Shown here one piece after another: positions 51,569-64,000 of a DNA stretch of 64,000 nt. Every line of letters begins with the position of its first letter. Positions within the stretch are counted from its first letter, which is position 1. Under the pieces are notes generated by a model that was given only the letters and a program-made list of their open reading frames with translations, made no database searches and was not told the DNA's origin. A program made the translations under genes and the position numbers. Source of the stretch: Rhizaria sp. SCN 62-66 (taxonomy: Eukaryota); NCBI GenBank assembly GCA_001724265.1, contig MEDY01000023.1:62001-126000 (forward strand), written 5' to 3'.

Positions 51569-54500
51569 CACTGGCGCTGGCGCTGGCGCGGCTGCTGCTG
51601 GGAGGTTCGGAGGACTGCCGCCACCGTCGCCGTTCCGCGGTTACAGCGGGCCCCCCGTTCCCCATCCAGCGATGGGCACCAACACCATGAGTACCGCGAG
51701 TAACGCGAATACCCTCTACGACGCCCCGAGGACGCCGGAGCGCAACGGCAACCGCGGCGGCGTCGGCGCAAGTGCCAGTAAGGCGCTGCTGCTGAGCGCC
51801 AACAGCAGCCGCACGCACAGCCACTTCGGAACACATGGGACCTCTGGCGGGGGGGCTGGAACCGGTGGCGCTCACGTTCACGGCTTGCTATCGTTCCCCG
51901 CGTCGCCCGCACTCGCATGCATCACCCCCATCCGCGGCCGCAGCCACGGCAGCCACGGCGGCCATGGGAATGGCGCGTTTACGATGGCGACGCCAACGGC
52001 GCTGCCGTTGCCTGTGCCGTTGGGGCCCAATAACAACGCGGGCGTTGCAAACACGGCTGCGTTCCCGGCGTCGCCGTTCGCGCTGCGCCAGAACAGCAAC
52101 GTCAACACGAACACTTAGCAACAACAGCAACAGCAGCAGCAGTTGGCTGCGAGTGGTGATGCCGCAGAAAACGATTTGTGGTGGGAACAGGCGGTTTATG
52201 ACCCCCACTGGCGCACCAACACTGGCCCTTGTCCTTTTGACGCGGCCCCGTTGTCCCAACCTCTTACCGCGGACTCTAACGGCGCGGCTGAGTCTAAGTA
52301 CCCCGTGGGGACGCCTAAGTACCCGTTGTCGAGCGGCCAGCTGTCCCCGCGCAGCGCCGAGGCCGCTAGCGACTTATTCTTTGCAACGCGGCCCGCGACG
52401 CCGCCCGACGCACAGTACCCTGGCAAGTGCACCGTCGTCGATGCGGAAAAAGGACGGCTGGATGTTGTGCTGTATGACCCTGTAACGGATACGTTTCCGG
52501 AGTACGAGAAAGCGCTTGCAGCGCATAATAAAGCTGCTGCGGAGGCTGCCGCTGCTGCTGAGGCTGCTGCAGAGGCCGAGGCTGAGGCCGCTGCGAGGGC
52601 CGATCCTGTGGCGGCAGCAGTGGCTGCGGCGAGCGACAGGAACGCTGTGGGCGGGAATCCAGTGATAATCGTTACGCCGTCCTCCGCGAACAGCACAAAC
52701 ACTGTCGGCGTTGCTGTAGCATCCACCGGCCTCAGCAAGGGTTTTGGGGGAGACGACGACGACGGCGACAGTTACGAGTTCAACTTCGACTCTGATTCTG
52801 AAGCCACCACTGCGTTTGCAGCTAAGGGGGGTGCTGCTTACACCAACGCTGGCGTAATTGCGCCGCCGCCGCCGGTGCTCGATCTGTCCGTGATTCCCCC
52901 GCCCTCTGCACCGAGAGCCGCACCAGCCCTAACAGCAACCGCAACAGCACCGGTCGTCGTCAAAGCAGCGGCAGCTGGTGCAGTAGTGCAGCCGAGTGAG
53001 CTCACATCCGCTGCATCGGACTCATCCGCCCCGGTCGCCAGCGCGAACCCCGACTATCTCACCGTAACCACCACTGCCACTGTGGCGACTGGACTGCCGG
53101 CGACTGGTCAGTCGCCGTCGCCGCCGCTGTCGCTAACTCTGATCCCCAGCCACAGCGGCGACGGCGGCAGCGCCAACGCCGCCGCCGCCGCCCCCAGAGC
53201 GAGCCAGCGCAACAGCGCCGGCAGCACCAGCAGCGGCGGCGGCAGCGGCGGCGGTAGCGGCGGCGGCGGGAAGAACCGGCGCGGCGCGAGCGGGCTCGAT
53301 CTCAGTGCGCTGCGGCTCGCGTGGGACGCCGACGCCGCGCCCGCTGCGCCCGCCGCCGCAGGGCCCGCTAGCACTGTTGCTGTTTCCGCCCACCCCAATC
53401 CTGCGGTCGCCGCGACGACCGAGCAGGCGATCTTTGCTCCCGCACGCGGTTCTGCGGCGACTGCGACTGCTGCCGGTGCTGTTGCAGGTGGGAACGACGA
53501 CAGTACGCTTGACTTGGGGCTCACGACCATAAGCCCTACCGCTGTAACTGTGCCTGCGACCGCAACTGCGACCGCGAGTGCTGCAGCGGTTCTTGATGAT
53601 GGCGGCTTAACTTTCGGCGACGCGACCTTCGGCCTCACTCTCGGTCACCACACCGTCACCGTCAACCAGAACGCTGCGCACGCTGCTAACCCCTCTCACA
53701 GCAGCTCTATCACTGGTGTGCACACCGCGTTTGGCGCCAGCAGCAGCGGAGGCTTTGGCGCGAGTTACGACGCACTGCCGCAGGAGACGTCGCAGAAGCT
53801 TGGCCCGCTGAAGCGGCTGCCCGCGCAACGCACGCGCCGCGCGAACACCAATCTCGGTGCGCTCTCCAGCTCGAACGCGAACTTGAGCGGCACTGCCGCG
53901 AGTCTCAGCACGACGATGAACGGCAGCGGCGCTGAGGGCGACAGCGGCTCGTTCTCGCTTTCGCTGACGAGGTCGCTGCTTGCGCCCATCGGCGGCGGGG
54001 GCGGCGGCGCGGCTGCAAATGTAAACGTGGTTACGAACCACGGTGATGTTGCGGCAAATGGCGGCGCTGTGCCGAAGCGGGTGTTGGGACCGATTAACAC
54101 GACGCGCGGCTTGCCTTTGAGCCTTATTCCGAGTCAGAGCAATAACAGCCAGACCAATCATGGCACTCTAAATATGTCCGAGCTCTCGTTCGACGACGTA
54201 ACGCACGTCCCAGCCGCCGGTGCCGGCGTCGCCGCTGCAGCCGGCGTTCCAGAGGCACCTCACGACGCTGACGAAACGTCGCTGCCGATGTCGCCGCCTC
54301 TGGAGCCCAGCAGCACTCCGTTGCCCGACCCGACCCACGCTCACCACGGCAGCCACCATAACGCTCACAACGCGCACGCGGGCGAGCAGTCGCTGTCCCA
54401 GTCGCTTTCGCAGTCGCTCGCTATGACGCTGTCCGCCGCGAGCGCCGCCGCGCGCGGGGGCCGGCTTGCCCCTATCTCCGCCGCTGCCAACTCGAGCAGC

Positions 54501-57500
54501 GCCAGTTCGAGCGCAGCCAGTGTGAACAGCGCGAACGCCGCGGGCTCTAGCGGCGTTGCGTTAAAGCTTGACAGCCACTCGATGTTCGCTAACGCCGCAA
54601 GCCCCGCTGGCACGAATTCACTGAATGCACTCGCGCTGCGCGCCCGCGCTGGCGGCAATCATCACGCTAGCGCCGTCGCTGAGAACAGCGGCGACGGCGG
54701 CCGCGCAGACAGCCAGAGCGGCGGATTTGCGAGCACGATGAGTCCGTTTTCGTTCGGGAAAGCTAGGCTCACCCTTGTTCCCACAGAGGCAACATCAACG
54801 ACGAAGACCAACCTTTTCAACAACCTCAGCGCCGGCAACGATACCGCTGCTGTTGCCACCGCTGGCTCTGCTCCCGCCGTTGCAGTTGTTGTCGAGAGTA
54901 ACATCGACGACAGCGGCAGCGACTTCGGCGACTTTTACGCCGACACCGCGAACCTGCCCGCGCCCGCTGATAACAACCACGTCGAGGCGCCTCTAAGCAC
55001 TCCGCACGCGGCCAGTGGCGGCCACAGCGGCTGGGGCAACAACCCCGTCGGCGCCGCGGCCGGCCCGATCACGCCGCGCCCGGCGCGCACGCAGCCGTCT
55101 GCCTTCGCCACCTCGGCCAACAACGCCGACAGCGGTCCGACCGACGCTACCCCGCTGCGGCCCAGCAGGGCTGCGAGCGGCGGCGCGGGCAGCAACGGTT
55201 TGGCTGTGCCGGGGCAGGGACTGGCACCGTTCCCGTCGCCCGGCTACACGCCGATCAAGCCGCCCGCGCGCTCGCATGTTGACAGCGCCGTCCACACGGC
55301 CGGCGGGAACGTTTCCACGGGTAGCACGAGTTTCGGCAGCGTCACCGCAAGTTCTATCGGGACTGCGGTGGGCGGCGACGTTGCTGGGGATGGGGCTGCG
55401 TCCGCGAGTTCAAGCAAGAGGGACAGGCGGTGTGGGCAGTGGCTGCATAGTGAGGAGCTTACTCAGGTAATCACAAACAACGCCGACGGCGCTAACGGGG
55501 CCGCGGGTAGTGGCTCTGATGACGCGCACGCTGTTGCTGTGAACAACAGCAACGACTCCCGGACGCAGTCGCAGCAGCTGCAGTCGCACTCGCAGCAGTC
55601 GCTTCAGTCCCTGCCGCTGCCCAACACTGCAATCACCTCCAACTCACTTTCACAGTCTTTAACGCATTCGCAGCTGCAGGCGCAGGCGCAGCAAGCTCTA
55701 TCGCAGTCGCGCACGATGTCGCGCACACGGCACTTTAGCGCCACTGGCACCGGGAGCAGCAGCGGCGACGCCGGTTCGTCGTCGTCACCTTCACTCAGCT
55801 CGCAGTCGCAGTTTCAGCTGCACAGCTCGCAGTTGCACCTGCTTCCGTCGCAGTCGCGCTCTCGCTCGCGCTCGCAGTCGCGCCTCGCTGACAGCCACGG
55901 CGACGCCCGCGACGACGACGGCGACCGCGACGACGACGCGCACACCGCGAGAGCCCTCGGCGCCGGGACGCTGAGAGTGGCCAACGACCCTGTCAGCACC
56001 AGCGTCAGCACCACGGCTGCGAGCACGGGCAGTCAGGTTCGCCGCATCGACCTCGCTGCTGCTGCTGCGGCCGCCGCTGCTGCCGCCGCTGCTGCAGCTG
56101 CTGCTGGCGGCAATGGTGCCGCCGCCGGGGGCGAGGACGGACTTATCAGACCGATCAAGCTGCATATGTACTCCGACTCCGATTCCGAGTCCGACACCGA
56201 GTCAAACGCGTACAGCGTGGGCGCTGCTATCCGGCTCAGTAGCGCGCCTGGTGATCTTCGGTCAAGCGCTGTTAGTGCTGTGGAGACGAGGGGCAATGCG
56301 CTGGATGAAACTGACGCGAGCACGCTTGCGATCGCGGTCGATGGCGAGTCAAGCGACACTGACAACGGTGACGACTCAGGCCTCGGTGACGCCGTGAACA
56401 ACACCGACTCTTCCGGCGCTCCTGATGTTTTTGTTGGCGCTGGCAATGACAATGCGAGTGATCACGAGTACGATGACGACGAGTTCGACATTGACGTTGA
56501 TGACGTCGCCGCTGACCCGACACACGCAGACACTGCGCCTGCGAATGCGGACGCCGCACAGCTATGCGTGAGCGGGCTTGCTGACTCCGACAACCGCGGC
56601 AGCGACGCGAGCAGCGGCAGCGACGGCTCCGACCGGCGCCGGAGCCGGACAGCGTCGCAGCTCTCTCGCCGCAGGTACGACGACTCCACCGAGGATCACG
56701 ACGGCGACAGCAAGAGAAGCAACAACACGACGTTCAGCGGCATCAACGGCAGCATCAACCTCAGCCGCGTCGCCGGTCCGACTGCGCAGCAGAGCGCAAG
56801 CGCGGGCGATGCTGTTGGAGCTGCGGCTGCCGAGGCCAACGGCAATGCGACTGCTGTCTTCAACGGTGACGGGGCCGGGGGCGGCGCTGCGATTGTTGCT
56901 ATTCTGGGTGACTTCGACAGCGACTACGAAGGCGACGCGACGGCGGACAACGGTAATGCGGATGCTCACGACAACGTCGATGCCAATGGCGCCGGGGCAG
57001 AGCCTGCGGCTCTTGAAGCCGTGAACCCAGAGACTGATGCGGAGGCGGCTGCGGAGGCTGAGCGCCGTGCTCTGTTGTTTGAAGCCTCTGTGGCCGCAAC
57101 GGAGACAGTCGAGGACGACTCATTCAACGAGCTTGACGGCACACCCGCTGTGCCCGGCTCGTCGGCGCCTGCCAACGGCCACGCCGAAGACGGGGACGAC
57201 GCTGATGTGGTGGCGAATTACAGCAACAGCAAGGATGACACCAATAGCAATGATAACGAAAATGATTATGACGACAATGGCATTGTTGATAATTCCCGCT
57301 GTGCCAAACCTAATTCTAGAGCAGTGCACGGCGACGGTGTCATTGGCGCCGCTGTCCTTGCCACGCGCGGTCTGCTCGATTCGTTCACATCGACGATCAC
57401 CATGGTGCCCGCTCGCCCAGCCAATGACGCCAACGCTGGCGACGCGGCTGGGCAGTTTGGCGACGGCGACTGCGTTGACGGTAACGGCGATAGTGCCGGT

Positions 57501-60500
57501 GGCGATGATGGGAACAGCGACTTCGTCCCAGAGCCCGGAGCGATGGGCGCGATGTGGGAGAATGACGAAGACGAGTACGACAGCAACACCAACATCAAAA
57601 TCAACACCGACGCTGGCGGTGCGCACAACAACGGCAGCAACGACACTGAAAGCGACCCGACACAGGCGATCACCGCGATCACCGCCCTTTCCTCATCTGT
57701 CGCGAGCCGGCTGCCACCGCACAACAGCAGCAGCAATGCCAGCAATCACGCGAGCGGCAACCACGGCAATGCGGACAACAACAGTGACCATAATCACTTG
57801 CAGACACGAGTTGGACGCTCGCAGTCCATCGGAGCCATGCGGCCTTACTTTGAATCGCGCATTTCCTTTGATACACGGTCAAACGTTAACGCTGCGGCCC
57901 AATCCACCGATGCCTTCAGCACACCATACGACAACAGCACTGTGAATGCCAACACAAATGCTTTTGCGCCTCAACAAGTCTCGACTGAATCCTCCACTGC
58001 GAACACTGGTAGCCTTGCCGCTCCCAGCGGCGCTACACCGGTCCCGTTGCGGCGCGCGCTTACGTTTCCCGACGCCAACGCTGCGGTCAACACGTCGCTC
58101 TCTCAGCAGCAGCAGCAACAACAACAGCAACAGTCATCGCAGCCGCAAAGCGGCGACGTCAGCGTCAGCAGCACCGCTGTGCTCGGCTCGGCCAACGCGC
58201 CGCCGCTGGCGCTGCTGTCGTCGACGGCGATCCCCACTCCGACGCAGACGCCGGCGCCTTTGCTGACCGCTGCCGCTGGCTCATCAGCGGCCGGGATTAC
58301 GCGAGCTCTCGCGAGTCTGCAGCGCATCAACGGCGACGGCAATGCGTCGAGCGTCGGTGCTGGGATGAGCGGTCTTGACACGAGCGCGGTTGCGCAGCCG
58401 CTGGTATTGAACCACAGCTACAGCAACAACATCGACAGCAGTCGTCGCTACAACGGCGTTACCGGCGCTATGTATGGCACGTCTAAGCGCTCATCCATGT
58501 CCGACGTCGTAGCGGCCACTGCTTCGACGAACACGTACGCGGGCGCGAAGACAATTGGTGACCGTGAGCAGCAGCAGCAACAAAGTAGCCATGAGCCGCC
58601 GCAAAGTGACCGTGGACGGGGCGTGCTGCTCCAACAGCCCGAGTGGAGCGAGTCCGAGCTTGACGTCACTGCCATTGTGCCGCCTCACACTGCAGCAGCA
58701 ACGGATAACGCAGAGACAGGCGATCATAATGAAATGGCGACTGACGATGCAATTCATGCAGACACAGCTGCTACGAATGCGCCAGTCAAGGCCTCTGGCA
58801 ATAGCGGCGCTATTGGCGGGATCATTACGGGCACAGGCGCGATCGCCAGTGTGGGGGGTGTCAAAGTCGCTGATCTATCATGGGGCGACTGCACAATGAT
58901 CCCGTCGAAGCACCCCTTAGACCCCGGCCAGCAAGACGCACACAAACATTCCCCGCCCGTCGTCACCACTGGCGCAAGCGCTGGCGCCGCTGCTGCCGCT
59001 TCCGCTGCCACAGCCGCCGGTCCGGCCCCTGCTCCTGCTACCGCAGGCGCTGCCGTCGCTGCGGATGAGAGCGTAGACTTCGGTGACGTCACTGCAAATT
59101 CGCTCACTAACGAGTCCACCTTTGCCTTCGGCTCCCCGTTGCGCCCGCGTCAGGCCGTCACGCGCCTCCCGCTGACCCCGCTGCCGCAGTTCGATAAGAT
59201 CTACGGCGGCGCTGGCCCCGGCGATGCCACTGTAGCAGCGAACGCAACCGCGGTGGAGCCTGCTGGTGGCAAGGCCGACGCTGGCACTGTTGGCGACGAG
59301 GTTTGGGACCATAACGCGACTCTGGAGGGTCTCAACGAAAGCAATTTGTTCCCTACAAACCCCAACAGCAACAACATTGTCGGCCTTCGAAATCTCGGCA
59401 GTGTGAACGCGCTCCCTGTTAGGGCATCTCAGCTCGCGCCGCAGCCCCCGACTCACGTCCACACTGCCGCTGCGGCCGTGCCGGGCATTAGCGGCGGCGT
59501 TTCCAACCCCGTCGCAAGTGTCGCCTCTGACGACAACGCCGATGACGCTGACGACAGTGACGGCGCGCCGTGGTCGCGGCCGTTGCCGCCCATAGGCGTG
59601 CGCGGCATGGGCATCGGTGCTGCGCTGCGCAAAGCTGCCGAGGCGCGCGCTCTCGCGTCAGTGGGACCGCTTGACGGGCTTGAGCCTGCCAGTGACGTTT
59701 CTCTTGCTGTTGCGAACAACAACGACAACAGCCAGAGCTGCGCGGTCGCTGTCGGCGGCCCCGCTCAGACCGCCGGGAACGACAGCGCTGCTGCTGCGAA
59801 CACAAGTGTCGCCAGTGTCGCCAACAGCGGCAGCCGTGGCCACGGCGCTGTGTGGACCATCAAGGTCACTGGGCCGGCGTCTGCTGAGGCGTCCACCGTC
59901 GCTGCGGTCTCTGCAGCCGCTGCGGCTGCTATTAGTCACATCACTAACCCGAACGCGGTGGCCAGTGGCGAGGCTGATCCGAACGGCAACACCAGTTTGG
60001 CTGTTAGTGGCCACTCTGTTGGGGCTGGCGCTTCCCGCGCCGGTCAAAATACCTCGGGCTTCGGTCTAAGCACATCGGGCGGGCTCGATCACTCACTAGG
60101 ACTCGGCACTGGAGCTGCGTTCGCCCCTGCACACCATGCTGTCACAACACGCAGTGGTTTACAATCGGCAGATCCTGTTGCGACAGCAGGCGCCGACGCT
60201 GCCGCACACTTGCATGGAAGCGTGGACGCTGTTGACTACTCATTTGCGACAAATATCGCCCGCAACAACAACGCTAATGCAGCGAGTGCTGCCGTAGACA
60301 TTCCGCAGCCCGCATCTTTTCCACCACAGCAACAGACCCAGCCACCATCACAGGCGTTGACTCATGTTTCGTCTCCTGGGCAGACCCATGCACACCTGAG
60401 CGCGATTCGCGCGCGCCCGCTGCCCGCAAGCGACCCTAGCGGTTTCGGCGGAGGCATTGCGCTGGTGCTCGGCCCCGCCGCCGCCAGCGCGCTGCTAGAG

Positions 60501-63500
60501 CAGTCTCTGGCGGCTGCGCTGGCGCCCGCAACCAGCGCCGCAGCTGCGGCTGCAGTGGGCCACACGCACACGAACACCAGTCTGAGCAACGGTAACAACA
60601 CTCTTCCACCTCTGCCGCCGCCTGTGCTTGGCGCTCGCGACGGCAACCGCAGTTCGACTGCGGCGAACACCAGCGCGTCGGTCCGAACTCTCCGTGAGTA
60701 CAGTACCGACGACGGCAGCGATGACGGCGTTGTCGCCGACGCGCACGGCGCCACGGATGGGGTAAGTCGCACGTTGTTCGCCAACAACGACAACGACACG
60801 TTTGCCAACACAACTACACGCGGAAACGCCGTGCAGCCGCCGCATCAGCATCAGCAGCAGCTGGTGGACCAATCATTTTCTCGTCGCAGCGCCCCGCCTC
60901 GTGCAAACTCGAGATTCTTGAGCAACGACTTATCTCTGCTGAGCAAACTCGAGACGACCCATGCGCCACCCAGAGCGTCCGCGACTGCTACTGCCGCGGC
61001 CGCCGCTGCAGCAGCTGCTGCAGCCGTTGCTGGCGGCTCTGGTGGTGGGCTAACGCCGGCTGCAGTTGAGGCTGTGGCTGCAGCAGTCGCCGCCGTTCTT
61101 GCCAATTCAAACGCTAAACACGGCGTAAACGCTAACTCCGTGCAGCTGCAGCAGCAAGAGGAGTCACAACAGGGAGATGACATGTCGTTCTTTGCTGCTC
61201 CGAGCCCTGTCCTTGCTGCTGGTGTTTCCCAGCAGCACCAGCAGTTGATGCAGCAGCAACACCAACAGCAGTTACAGCTGCAGCAGATGCAGCAGCAACA
61301 GCTCCAGATGCAGATGCAACTACAGCAACAGCAGCAACAGCAACACTTTGCCCCAGCGCCACTGCAGCCACAGTTGCAGACCGAGGCGGAGGCGTTCGCT
61401 CTCGCGCACGCACTCGGCTACGGTGCGCACATAGCCCACCCACTGCATATGTCTGCGCCCGCGCCCGCGTCACAGGGCTTCCTGGAGCCGCAGTTCGGCG
61501 GCGCCGCGTACGCCGCAGTCGACGCAAGCTACGCGATGCCGCTGTCGCACGATGCGCAACTCACGCTCGTCGAGCAGTCGCAACTGCACTCGCAGTCTGC
61601 GGTTATGATGCCAGAGCAGATGCATGCAGTCCACGGCCACCATGGGAGTGACGCTGCGGCGACCGAGACTGAAGCAGAGGCCGAGGCGGAGGCAGCCGCC
61701 GTCGCCGCCGCAGAGGCCGCTTATGCCTTTGTGATGGCCCGTCGTACCGCGGCCGGGACGAACTCAGCTGTGTCAGTGCAGCACCGCGGCCAGCCCCTGC
61801 CGCCTGCTGCCGCGCCCACGGTCACTCTGACCGCCGGTGCCTCTGACGTCAAGACGACCCGCGGCGGCTTTGCCCACGACCACTCCCGCGCTGCCGACAC
61901 GACGTCCGCGTCGCTCGCGCCATTGCTGCCGCTGGAGACGTCGATGCTGCCTCACATCATCATCGACCCGCACAGCGCCAACACGCACCGCAAGCCCTCC
62001 GCAGGCGCGAGTGCGACTGCGGCTCGGCGGCTGCACGAGAGCGCGAGCGGCCCTGCGAGCGGCGCTGCGAGCCCCACCTCCGGCTCCGGTCGCAGTAACA
62101 GTAGCAGCCCGCCGAGCGCTCGCGATCACCGGGGCGGCGGTGACCGTGACCGGCAGCGCCGCGCAAGCGACCATGAACAGGAGAGTGCTGATGCAGAGCC
62201 TGCGTGGGCGCAGTCGCTGCGGGCCGCGCCGGCGCCGCTGCGCACTGCGAAGCTTATGCGCGCGCGCGACGTCGCCCTTGCAGACGCAGACGCAGACGCC
62301 GCTGCAGTGTCCGCCGCGATCCCTGCCGGCCCAGTATATGCACTACCAAGCACTGCCTCTGCTCCCGCTTCCGCTGTTGCTGCAGCAGTCGTGCCAGCTG
62401 TGCGTGCGCGGACGCGCGCGCCTGCGTTGGCTTCCGTTGTCGACGACGCCGCGTTCGCCGCGCCCGTGTCGGCCGCCGCGCGCACCGCCGCGCTGGCGCG
62501 CTCGGCCGCAACCAAAGTCGCCGCAGCGGCTTCCGCAGCCAACAGGCATGCACACAGTCGCGGTCACGATCACGTCCACGGCGATGCGCAGACGCCGGCA
62601 CCGCATGCCAATTCGTTTGCGTCCCCACCGCGTAACGCTCGTGGCCCCGCGTATGCAAGCCCGGTGAGCGGCCCTCATGTTCACAGTCACCACGTAACGA
62701 CTCCTCCGGGCTCCAACGCTGCTGCTGTTGGCAGCGCGCCGGAGTCTGCTTCGGCGGCGCTGGCTGCACTGCGGCCTATGTATGCCTCGCCTCTGCAGCC
62801 CTTCATGCGCCAGCAAGCGCTGTACGCCTATGCTGACCGTTCAGCAGCAGCGGCAGCAGCAGCGGCAGCGCAGGTTCAGTCCCAGATTGGTACTGTTGGC
62901 GCGGGTTCGATGTCGCCCATGCCACAGCCTGTGTTCGCGACGCCTGCGCCGGAGTTGGGGCCCGGTCGGGGCCGCGCGCGCGCCGCTGCCGCAGCTGCCG
63001 CTGCCGCGGCCGCAGGCGCTGGCGCTTCAGTCGGTCTAAGCGTCAACTCTGTCTCTGTCACAGCAACGCCGCGTCTTGTAACAGGAACTAACGCCAGACA
63101 CCCTCACCCTGCCTCTCGAGGCGCGTATGCTGGGCTGAGCGCGTATGCCGCTCCGGCGACGCCGTATGCAGTGGCATCGGGCGCGTACACAATGCCGCAA
63201 ACTCCGTACACAGCGCCGTACGTACCGCTTTCCGTGGCGGCGGCAACGCCGTACGGAGTTGCGCCGAGTGCTTACGCAATGCCTGCGACGCCCTACATGC
63301 AGCGGCCTGTTGCTTACGCGTCTGGTTATGGTGCTGGCTACCCTGCGCACCACGCCACAATGCAGCCATCAATGTATTCAGTCCAGCAACAAAGATTGCA
63401 GCCAGGTCTTAACCCGACAAACAGTCACTTTGCGCGCTCTCCGACCTACTCCGGGGCGAGACCCGCTTACTCCGGTGGGCTGTCTACTCCGGGTGCTGAA

Positions 63501-63572
63501 GCGAAGGCGTTGCAGTCGCTTCAGTACCAGTTGCAAGCAGCGAGGCACGGGCTTGGCACGCATCAGTACTGA
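50556..63572 (+). CDS. Giant intronless low-complexity / disordered protein, ~4,338 aa with in-frame TAG at 52116-52118
   Basis: ORFs 50556..52118 and 52143..63572 are in the same frame. The gap reads TAG CAA CAA CAG CAA CAG CAG CAG CAG TTG, with no intron or intergenic character. The downstream ORF begins at TTG rather than ATG. Ends TGA. Confidence 0.8.
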
Positions 63573-64000
63573 TCTCCTCCAAGATCGATCTTCCTTTCCT
63601 AGTTTATTCAACATTTCCGACGTTATCCAGATCAATACAATTTTTAGTGTTACTCATGAGTACGTTTCTCTTTTAAGCCCAGTCCATAGTTATTCCAGTC
63701 TGCATGATATCAGAAGAAAAAAAATTGGAAAAAAATGGATTTTTTTAGCCACACGTACTACTGGTTTGCAAGCTTTATCATTCTTAGTCAACACTTTCAA
63801 GATTTTGTGTGTTATCACAAAGAATAAGGTGCGGCATATGAATCATTGTTGTAAAAATATCGGTTATGTCCGTCTATCCCAATATGCTGTGCAGGCTGAA
63901 CACATTCCAACCACAAAAGACCTCGAGCGAGACTGGTCGCTGCATCTCGTCTGGCCCGAACAGGCCCGTTGAGGACAAACCAACACAGAGTTTATTCGAG

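Noticed and set aside
6663-52118. Pseudogene or pyrrolysine explanation for the in-frame TAGs
   Set aside because: Pseudogenes should also show TAA, TGA and indels. Pyrrolysine is not known in eukaryotes and no pyl genes are present here. Assembly error cannot be excluded without reads.
51-63000. Numerous long antisense and alternate-frame ORFs (e.g. 3440..5275 +, 21543..24020 -)
   Set aside because: These are expected shadows of GC-rich, stop-poor coding sequence. They have no domains and overlap better-supported genes.
1-64000. CRISPR arrays, rRNA/tRNA genes, transposase or reverse transcriptase genes
   Set aside because: None were recognised by eye. A suppressor tRNA(CUA) was not seen in this window, but tRNAscan-SE is needed to exclude one.

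Overview
This is a gene-dense eukaryotic nuclear window, probably from a flagellated aerobic protist. It has GC-rich, Ala/Gly/Ser-inflated exons and short, mostly AT-rich GT-AG introns. Recognisable genes are dynactin p150 (partial), ARP6, TSR1, CFAP74, an INO80B/Ies2-like protein, a mitochondrially targeted PPR + TrmB-like protein, a STE20-type kinase and a probable ATP synthase subunit f. There are also several unknown genes, including a ~4,338-aa intronless low-complexity protein. The main finding is that in-frame TAG codons interrupt at least four otherwise continuous coding regions (6663, 25828, 26527, 36814, 52116; weaker cases at 33233 and 32801), and one TAG sits directly at the head of a poly-Gln run. 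All 12 gene ends I could resolve use TAA or TGA. This points to a variant nuclear genetic code in which UAG alone is a sense codon, probably Gln. A second oddity is that all 22 inferred intron donors have a pyrimidine at +4 (GTACG dominant). Gene models were built by hand from splice-phase consistency, and family assignments rest on motif recognition without any database search.
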